Under the pieces are notes generated by a model. It was not told the origin of the DNA. It saw nothing but the letters and a program-made list of their open reading frames with translations, and did not search any database. Positions 35,751 through 45,400 of a DNA stretch of 64,000 bases are shown here, piece after piece; the first letter of the stretch is position 1, and every line of letters starts with the position of its first letter. Location: assembly GCA_045637205.1 (NCBI GenBank), contig JAZTYY010000082.1, forward strand, positions 8,822-72,821, written 5' to 3'. Position numbers and translations under genes: made by a program. Source of the stretch: Eubacteriales bacterium (GTDB lineage: Bacteria > Bacillota > Clostridia > Oscillospirales > CAG-272).

Positions 35751-35788
35751 AAAAAGAGGGTGAACGGTTACCGTTCACCCTCTAAAAA
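35751..35788 (-). terminator. Rho-independent terminator, best oriented for the SASP gene
   Basis: AGAGGGTGAACGG-tta-CCGTTCACCCTCT carries its U-tract on the minus strand. It may also slow plus-strand readthrough. Confidence 0.8.
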
Positions 35789-35856
35789 TTTATTCAATAA
35801 AATCAAACAAATTTTTTAACGCTTGCTAAACGGCAAGCTATACTCTCAAATCCCAA

Positions 35857-36060
35857 TTATCTGTTTGTGTTGGGGTTGTTTGCACCAAGAGAGTTTTCGT
35901 AGGACTCAACCATCTTCTTAACCATCTGACCGCCGATGGAACCTGCCTGACGGCTTGTGAGGTCACCATTGTAACCGTTGTTGTTAAGAGTTACACCTAC
36001 TTCGTTAGCTGCCTGCATCTTGAACTGTTCAAGTGCCTTTTTAGCTGACTTCTTTGCCAT
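35857..36060 (-). CDS. Alpha/beta-type small acid-soluble spore protein
   Basis: The sequence is MAKKSAKKALEQFKMQAANEVGVTLNNNGYNGDLTSRQAGSIGGQMVKKMVE, which is a SASP signature. I chose the ATG at 36060 (GGAG RBS) over 36072. Confidence 0.9.
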   Translation of the reverse strand: MAKKSAKKALEQFKMQAANEVGVTLNNNGYNGDLTSRQAGSIGGQMVKKMVESYENSLGANNPNTNR

Positions 36061-36245
36061 AACGTTCTCCATTCTGTCGCTTTTACGACTGATTTTTCCT
36101 TTTCTAGAAAGGAAATTAATCTATATTATCGAGAGGCGTTGCAATCGACTTTAGCAACGCACTCTCGCATTGCTCACACCGCTTGCTTCGCTTCTCTGGT
36201 ATTATTTTGGCGCAAATTTCAAAATATATTAATGGAAAAATTTGT
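36001..36245. repeat. Direct repeat copy A (SASP codons 1-20 plus upstream region, with an 83-bp extra segment at 36121-36203)
   Basis: 36001-36120 aligns with 46531-46650 with 3 mismatches by eye. 36204-36245 is identical to 46651-46692. Confidence 0.9.
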
Positions 36246-36310
36246 ATTGTTTGATAGTAAAACCATAAAACAGTAGCCATTCCATTAGTAGCAATGAATT
36301 GGATTTGTTA

Positions 36311-36340
36311 AAAGCGAGTATTTAGATGCTCGCTTTTTGT
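36311..36340. terminator. Hairpin with flanking A/T runs (insulator-like terminator upstream of the LRR gene promoter)
   Basis: The sequence is AAAAGCGAG-tatttagatg-CTCGCTTTTT. Confidence 0.4.
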
Positions 36341-36368
36341 CATATTTTACTCAATTTTGCCTAGACAC

Positions 36369-36397
36369 TTGAAATTGTGTGTTATATATGATATAAT
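36369..36397 (+). promoter_or_regulatory. Sigma-A type promoter of the giant LRR gene
   Basis: TTGAAA (36369-36374), 17-nt spacer, then TGaTATAAT with TATAAT at 36392-36397. Confidence 0.7.
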
Positions 36398-36458
36398 TAT
36401 AAAATAATATGATTTTTAAAGTTCACGTAACTTTTATTCTATATGCATTGGGAGGACT

Positions 36459-39400
36459 ATGATGAAAATCTCATTGAAATTAATCATTATTGCTTTGTGT
36501 AGTATTGCTGTGATTACCACGGCAACTATAATAATAGTTAATACGCTTGACAAGGGGGAAACTCCAAACGACGAGCCACATGTTCATGTGTTCGCAGATT
36601 GGACGCAGACTAAAGCACCCACTTGCCAAGCAAAGGGCGAAGACACTCGCACATGTACTTGTGGTGCTAAGGAAACAAGAGAAGTAGCAATTAATTCTAA
36701 TGCCCACATATTTAACCAAAGAGTTGTAGATGACAAATATATAAAATCTGAAGCAAACTACGATGATCCAGCATACTATTATTATTCTTGCGTATGTGGT
36801 GAAAAGGGAACTGAAAGCTTCCCGGAAGGCGAAGCAATACTTCCTCCCGTATCGTCAGTAACTTTAGATAAAAATGCTGCAACCATAAATCTTGGTGATA
36901 GCTTAACACTTGTTGCAACTATAACTCCCGGCAATGCTATTGATCAGGAGTTAACTTGGACAAGCTCCGATTTGTCAATAGCAAAGGTTACAAATGGAGT
37001 AGTGACAAGTTTGAAATCCGGAACAGTGACTATAACGGCATCAACAGCCAACGGAAAGAGCGCAAGCTGTACGGTAACGATTGAAAGTAATTACGTTATT
37101 AAATATGAATTGACAGAAGATTCTAGCTTTTATGTTGTAACCGGTATTGAGGGCAGAACAAACGTTCTTGAAATTCCGTTCTTGCATGACGGTCTTCGTG
37201 TAGTTGCTATCAAAGAAGGCGCATTCCAAAACAATTTGGATTTGGAGCAGCTTATTCTTCCCAACTCTATAGAATACATTTATAAAAATGCATTTGAAAA
37301 CTGCTCGAATTTGACAAGTGTTAATCTTCCTGACAGTTTGTTATTTATCGGTCAATCTGCATTTGAAGAATGTACATCATTGAAGGAAGTTCACATTCCT
37401 TATCTTGTTCATACTGTTGATACAAGGGCATTTTATCATTGTGTAGCCCTTGAGAACGTAACCGTTGCGGATGAAAAGGAACCAATGAACAAAAAGATAG
37501 GTTCTTATGCTTTCTCACAGTGTGAAAATCTTAAGACAGTTGTTGTTGGCGAAGGTATGGAGATCTTAGGTGATAACTCCTTCTCATACTGTACCTCGAT
37601 GGTAAGCTTTACTGTGGGAAATGGGCTTAAAACTATTTCCAATATGGCATTTGATAATTGCTTGTCATTGCTTAGATTTGATATGCCGGATACGGTAACT
37701 TATCTTGGAAATATGGCATTCCGTCACGCCGAAGCACTTAAAGAGGTAACCTTCTCGACAAATTTGAATGCTATTGGAAACGCGTGCTTCCAATATTGCA
37801 TTTCGCTTGATAACGTTGAGCTTCATGATGGCATTAGCCAAATCGGTGCATCCGGATTCAGCTTTTGTTCGGGTATGAAGACTCTTAAAATTCTTGGAAA
37901 TATAACGTCACTTGGTAGTTCGGCGTTCTATGAATGTACCGGGCTTACCGAAATCTATTATGCCTCCTCAATTAAGGGGGATCTCGGCCTTAACAACTAT
38001 ATATTCTATAATGCCGGCACAAAGGGAGATGGAATAGTACTTACTCTTGGACCCAATGCTTGCATTCGTGATAGACTTTTTGAACCGCAGGAGGATAAAA
38101 ACCGTCCTAAGTTGGTTAAAATTATAGTTGAAAATGAAGCAACTGAGGTTGATTATTTAGAAAACTATAATACCTTACCATACCTTACTGAAATTGAGCT
38201 TCCTGACAGTATCGTTGAAATTAAAAGTGGTATATTCCACAATACTGCATGGTGGAATGCTCAGCCCGAAGGTGCGGTATATATTGGAAATATCCTTTAT
38301 GGTTACAAGGGTGAGCTTAATGGTGAACTTACTATTTCCGATAACACGGTATGCATTGCCTTTGGTGCGCTTACCGGACAAAATCCCACATCTTTGAGAA
38401 TTCCTTTTGTTGGTGCAATACAAAATGGAACTGTAAACACTCATTTAGGTTATATTTTTGGTGCGGATTCACCCATTGATCAAAATGCAGCTTGTGTACC
38501 GCAATCACTGAACACTGTTGTAATAACAGGCGGAACCGATATACCGGCAAATGCATTCTATGATTGCGCATCTCTTACAAGCATAGAAATTCCAAGCAGT
38601 GTAACAAAAATTGGAGAATATGCATTTTATGGTTGCACAGGTCTTACAAGTATGGAGATACCAAAGAGTGTAACAAGTATTGGTAGTGGTGCATTTTGTA
38701 ATTGTACAGGTCTTACGAGCATAGAAATACCCAAGGATGTAACAAGCATTGGCGATGAAGCATTTATTGGTTGCAACAAACTAGAGAGCATTACGTTGCC
38801 ATTCGTAGGTAACGGTTCAGATAAAACTAATTTCGGTTATATTTTTGGCGCAGATTCATATCAGGATCAAGCCGACTATATTCCTGAAAGCTTGATATTG
38901 GTAACCGTTACGCGTTGCGAAAATCCTATTGACGAGCACGCTTTTGATAATTGTAATTTTGAAGTATTTATCGTTCATGATTTTGAAGAATGGATAGTAT
39001 CTCTCGCTCCCACGTGTCAGACAACGGGTAGCAAATATCACGTTTGCTCAATATGTGAGTACCGAGAAGATGAGATCATACCTATTGATCCCGACGCGCA
39101 CAAAAAAGACAGTGCTTGGAGCACGGATGAAAACAATCACTGGCACAAATGTCTCATTGAAGGATGCGATGAGAAGTTGGATCATATAGAGCACGATTGG
39201 GAACAATGGGTAATTACTCTCGATCCCACGTGTCAGACAACAGGTAGCAAATATCACGTTTGCTCAATATGTGAGTACCGAGAAGATGAGATCATACCCA
39301 TTGATCCCGACGCGCACAAAAAAGACAGTGAGTGGAGCACGGATGAAAACAATCACTGGTATGAATGTCATGTTGAAGGATGCGATGTCAAAGTAGATTT

Positions 39401-42400
39401 GGCATCACATACCTGGAATAGTGAAAATACTTGTATTTATTGTGATGAATATAAGGATCGAGGAGTTATATTTACATTCAATAGTGAATCATCCACATAT
39501 TCAATTACTGATTATACCGGTTCAGCCACCTCTGTAATTATTCCTTCAACATATAAGGGATATCCTGTGACTCAAATATCCAATAGCGCATTTGAGAATT
39601 GTACATCTATCACAAGCATAGAAATTCCAAGCAGTATAAAGAGCATTGGTTATAGTGTATTTTCTGGTTGCACAGGTCTTACCGGTGTAAATATAACAGA
39701 TATTGCCGCTTGGTGTAATATAGATTTTTACAATAGTGATGCTAATCCGCTATATTATGCTAAAAATCTTTACTTAAACGGTGAGCTTGTTACTGATCTT
39801 GTTATTCCCGAGGGTGTAACAAGCATTGGTGATTGTGCATTTATAAACTGCACATCTTTTGAAAGTGTAGAGATACCAAGCAGTGTAGCAAGCATTAGCG
39901 CTAGATCATTTGAGGGTTGTACAAATCTTACAACCATAGAAATATCAAACGGTGTTAAAAGTATTGATAATCGCGCATTTTATGGTTGCACAAATCTTGC
40001 AGGCATAGAAATACCAAGCAGTGTAATAAGTGTTGGAGAATATGCATTTGCAAATTGTACATCCCTTGAAAGTGTAAAAATATTGGATGGAGTAAAGAGC
40101 ATTGGAAGATCCGCATTTTTGCGTTGCACAGGTCTTACAAGCATAGAAATACCAAGCAGTGTAACAAGCATTGGATCAGGTGCATTCTATGATAGCACAG
40201 GACTTACCGACGTATATATATCTGATATTGCCGCGTGGTGTAATATAGATTTTGGTAATGAAACTGCCAATCCGCTATATTATGCTGAAAATCTTTACTT
40301 GAACGATGAGTTGGTTACTGAACTTGTTATTCCCGAGGGTGTGACAAGTATTGATAGCAATGCTTTTTATGGTTTCACAGGCATCACAAGTGTAGAGATC
40401 CCCAGCAGTGTAGAAAGCATTGGAAGTGATGTGTTCTATAACTGCGCAAATCTTACCGATATATATATATCTGATATTGCCGCGTGGTGTAATATAGATT
40501 TTAGCAACTATGCCGCAAATCCTTTATATGTTGCTAAAAATCTTTACTTGAATGATGAGTTGGTTACTGAACTTGTTATTCCCGAGGGTGTAACAAGTAT
40601 TAATAACTATGCATTTAAAGGTTGTTCAGGGCTTACAAGTATAGAGATCCCAAGTAGTGTAACAAGCATTGGCGATTCTGCATTTTCCGGTTGTTCAGGG
40701 CTTACAAGCATTGAGATCCCAAGTAGTGTAACAAGCATTGGAGATTATGCATTTTCCGGTTGTTCAGGGATTACAAGTATAGAAATACCAAAAAGTGTAG
40801 AAAGCATTGGTTATTGCGCATTTTATAGTTGCTACAAGCTTGAGAGCATTACCTTGCCTCTCGTTGGCAATGGATCAACCTCTACCCATTTTGGATATAT
40901 TTTTGGTGCAGATACATACGATAAAAATAACAATTTTATACCCTCGTCGCTTGAAACTGTTATAGTAATTGGCGACAGTGTGCCTTCACATGCATTCTAT
41001 GGTTGCTGGAATATTAGAAGTATAGAAATGCAAGATGATATAACAAGCATCGGTGATAGTGCATTTTCCGGATGTGAGAATCTATATAATGTCAAAATAC
41101 CAAACACAGTACAAAGCATTGGTGATGCTGCATTTTGGGATTGTCTCAGTCTTACAAGGATAAAGATTCCAAACGGTGTAACAAGCATTGGAGGATATGT
41201 ATTTGCTGGCTGTTCAAGACTTGCAACTATAGAAATTCCAAGCAGCGTCACGAGCATTGGAAATAATGCGTTTATTGGTTGCACAGGTCTTACCGGTGTA
41301 TATATAACCGATCTTGCCGCGTGGTGTAATATAGACTTTAACACATCTTGGGAAGCTAATCCCTTATACCGTGCTAATAATCTTTACTTGAACGGTGAGC
41401 TCGTTACTGATCTTGTAATTCCCGAGGGTGTAACAAGTATTGGAGATTGTGCATTCATTGGTTGCACATCTTTAGAAAGTGTAGAAATCCCAAGTAGTGT
41501 AACAAGCATTGGTTATTCTGCATTTTATGGTTGCAACAAACTCGAGAGCATTACAGTACCATTTGTAGGTAATGGTTCGGATGAAAGTCATTTCGGTTAT
41601 ATCTTCGGTGCGGAGACGTATAAAGATAATGCAACTTATGTACCCGTATCGCTGAAAACTGTTGTAATAACAGGCGGAACAGAAATAGCACAATATGCGT
41701 TCTACGATTGCTCTAATATTACAAGCATAGTAATACCAAGCAGTGTAACAAGTATTGGACAAAATGCATTCTATAAATGTACAGGTATTATCGACGTATA
41801 TATAAGCGATCTTGCTACGTGGTGTAATATAGATTTTTACGATAGTGGTGCTAATCCGCTATATGAAGCTAATAATCTTTACTTAAACGGTGAGCTTGTT
41901 ACTGATCTTGTTGTTCCCGAGGGTGTAACAAAAATTGGTTCTTGTACCTTTATTGGATATACACGCCTTAAAAGTGTAGTAATACCCAACGGCGTAACAA
42001 GTATTGAACATGGTGCATTTTTTGGCTGCACAAATCTTTCAAGCATAAATATTCCAAGCAGTGTAACAAAGATTGCTGAGCAGGCGTTCTTATATTGCAC
42101 AAATCTTAGCAAAGTATATATAACCGATCTTAAAGCGTGGTGTAATATAGATTGTGAATCTCCTCTTTTTAATCCTACTTCGGGAAAGCTTTATTTAAAC
42201 GGTGAGCTTGTTACTGATCTTGTTATTCCCGAGGGTGTAACAAAAATTGGAGAACATGCATTTTTTGGTTGCTCAAGTCTTACAAGCATAGTAATACCAA
42301 GCAGTGTAACAAGCATTGATTATGCTGCATTTTGGAATTGTACAGGTCTTACGAGCATAGAAATCCCAAGCAGTGTAACAAGCATTTCCAGTGGCGCATT

Positions 42401-45400
42401 TTTTGGTTGCTCAAGTCTTACAAGCATAGTAATACCAAGCGGTGTAACAAGCATTGGATATTATGCATTTTATGGTTGCACAAGTCTTACAAGCGTAGAA
42501 ATCCCAAGCAGTGTAACAAGCATTGGAAGTGGAGCATTTGACGGTTGTTCAAGTCTTACAAGCATAGAAATTCCAAGCGGTGTAACAAGCATTGGCGATT
42601 CTGCATTTTCCGGTTGCTCAAGTCTTACAAGCATAGAAATCCCAAGCGGTGTAACAAGCATTGGATATAATGCATTTTATGGTTGCGACAGTCTTGAAAG
42701 CATTACGTTACCTTTCGTTGGTGATGGTTCGTATGAAACTCATTTCGGTTACTTCTTTGGCGCGGAGGGGTATTTTGGCAATGCAGAATACGTGCCTGAA
42801 TCGCTGAAAACTGTTGTAATAACAGGCGGAACAGAAATAGCACAATATGCGTTCTACGGTTGCTCAAGTCTTACAAGCATAGTAATACCTGACAGTGTAA
42901 CAAGCATTGGAGATTATGCATTTGAGGGTTGCAACAGCCTTGAAAGCATTACGTTGCCTTTCGTTGGTGATGGTTCGTATTACACTAATTTTGGCTACAT
43001 ATTTGGTGCATATGGATATACCTATAATTCAAGTCACGTTCCCGTATCGCTGAAAACTGTTGTAATAACAGGCGGAACAAAAATAGCAGGATATGCGTTC
43101 TACGATTGCTCTAATATTACAAGCATAGTAATACCAAGCAGTGTAACGAGTATTGGAGATTATGCATTTTATAATTGCACAAGTCTTGAAAGTATAGAAA
43201 TACCAAGTGGTGTAACGAGCATTGGAGATAATGCATTCTATAATTGCAGATATCTTACCTACGTATATATAACTGATCTTGCAGCATGGTTTAATGTACG
43301 TTTTTCCAATTATTATGCTAATCCCATGTATTATGCTACAAATCTTTACTTAAACGGTGAGCTTGTTACTGATTTTGTTATTCCTGACGGTGTAACAAGT
43401 ATTAACAGCTATGCATTTTATAATTGGACAAGTCTTAAAAGCATAGAGATTCCAAGCACTGTAACAAGCATTGGCAATAGCGCATTTCGCGGTTGCTCAA
43501 GTCTTACAAGCATAGAAATCCCAAGCGGTGTAACAAGCATTGGAGATTCTGCATTTACCTATTGTTCGGCTCTTACAAGCATAGAAATCCCAAGCAGTGT
43601 AACAAGCATTGGAGCTTATGCATTTTCCTATTGTTCGGCTCTTACAAGCATAGAAATCCCAAGCAGTGTAACAAGTATTGGAGATTATGCATTTTATTAT
43701 TGCACAGGTCTTACGAGCATAGAGATCCCAAGTGGTGTAACAAGCATTGGATTAAGTGCATTTGCAGACTGCACAAGTCTTGCAAGTATAGAGATTCCAA
43801 GCGGTGTAACAAGCATTGGAGCTTATGCATTTTATAATTGCAGAAGTCTTACAAGCATAGAAATCCCAAGCGGTGTAACAAGCATTGGAATTGGAGCATT
43901 TCAATATTGTAGAAGTCTTACAAGCATAGAAATCCCAAGCAGTGTAACAAGCATTGACCATAGCGCATTTCGCGATTGTTCAAGTCTTACAAGCATAGTA
44001 ATACCAAGCGGTGTAAAAAGCATTGGAAGTGAAGCGTTTTTTCGTTGCACAGGTCTTACAAGTATAGTAATACCAAGCAGTGTAACAAGCATTGGCAATA
44101 GCGCATTTTCCGGTTGCACAAGTCTTGCAAGTATAGAGATTCCAAGCGGTGTAACAAGCATTGGAAGTGGAGCATTTTCTTATTGCACAAGTCTTGCAAG
44201 TATAGAGGTTGATGAAAACAATCGATCTTATAAATCAATAGATGGTAATCTTTATAGAAAAGACGGAAAAACCTTGATATGCTATGCAATAGGTAAGCAA
44301 GATACTTCATTTATCATTCCCGACGGTGTAACAAGCATTGGAGATTATGCATTTTATGGTTGCTTAAGTCTTACAAGCATAGTAATACCAGACGGTGTAA
44401 CAAGCATTGGAGCTTATGCATTTTCCGGTTGCTCAAGTCTTACAAGCATAGTAATACCGGACAGTGTAACAAGCATTGGCAATAGCGCATTTTCCGTTTG
44501 CTCAAGTCTTACAAGCATAGTAATACCAGACGGTGTAACAAGCATTGGATGGTATGCATTTTCCAATTGTTCAAGTCTTACAAGCATAGAGATCCCAAGC
44601 AGTGTAACAAGTATTGAAAAGTATGCATTTGCAGGCTGCACAAGTCTTGAAAGCATTACGTTGCCATTCGTAGGTAATGGTTCAGATGGAACTCTTTTCG
44701 GTTATATCTTCGGTGCGGACTGGTATTCTGACAATGCAGAACATGTGCCTGAATCGCTGAAAACTGTTGTAATAACAGGCGGAACAAAAATAGCAGGATA
44801 TGCGTTCTACGATTGCTCTAATATTACAAGCATAGAAATCCCAAGCAGTGTAACGAGTATTGGAGATTATGCATTTGAAGGCTGCACAAATCTTGCAAGT
44901 ATAGAGATTCCAAGCGGTGTAACAAGCATTGGAGATTATGCATTTGATGGTTGCTTAAGTCTTACAAGCATAGTAATACCAGACGGAGTAATAAGCATTG
45001 GAAGATATGCATTTAGTGATTGCAGAAGTCTTACAAGCATAGTAATACCAAGCAGTGTAACAAGAATTGGAGAATATGCATTTGAAGATTGCACAGGTCT
45101 TGAAAGCATTACATTACCATTTGTAGGTAATGGTTCGGATGCAAGTCATTTCGGTTACATTTTCGGTGCGGATAGCTATTCTGGCAATGCAGAATACGTG
45201 CCTGAATCGCTGAAAACTGTTGTAATAACAGGCGGAACGGAAATAGCAGGATATGCGTTCTGCGGTTGCTCTAATATTACAAGCATAGAAATCCCAAGCA
45301 GTGTAACAAGCATTGGAGCATATGCATTTGAAGATTCAGGTCTTACAAGTATAGAAATACCTAATTCTGTGACAACTATTGGTAGTGGTGCATTTTATGG

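Noticed and set aside
36480-44656. More than 20 ORF-track entries on the minus strand or in alternative plus frames inside the LRR gene, for example 43493-43837, 40997-41344 and 44414-44656
   Set aside because: Their sequences are themselves periodic (MLVTLLGISMLVR.., ..HRNPKQCNKHW..) and mirror the coding repeat. None has an RBS. They are shadows of the repeat DNA.
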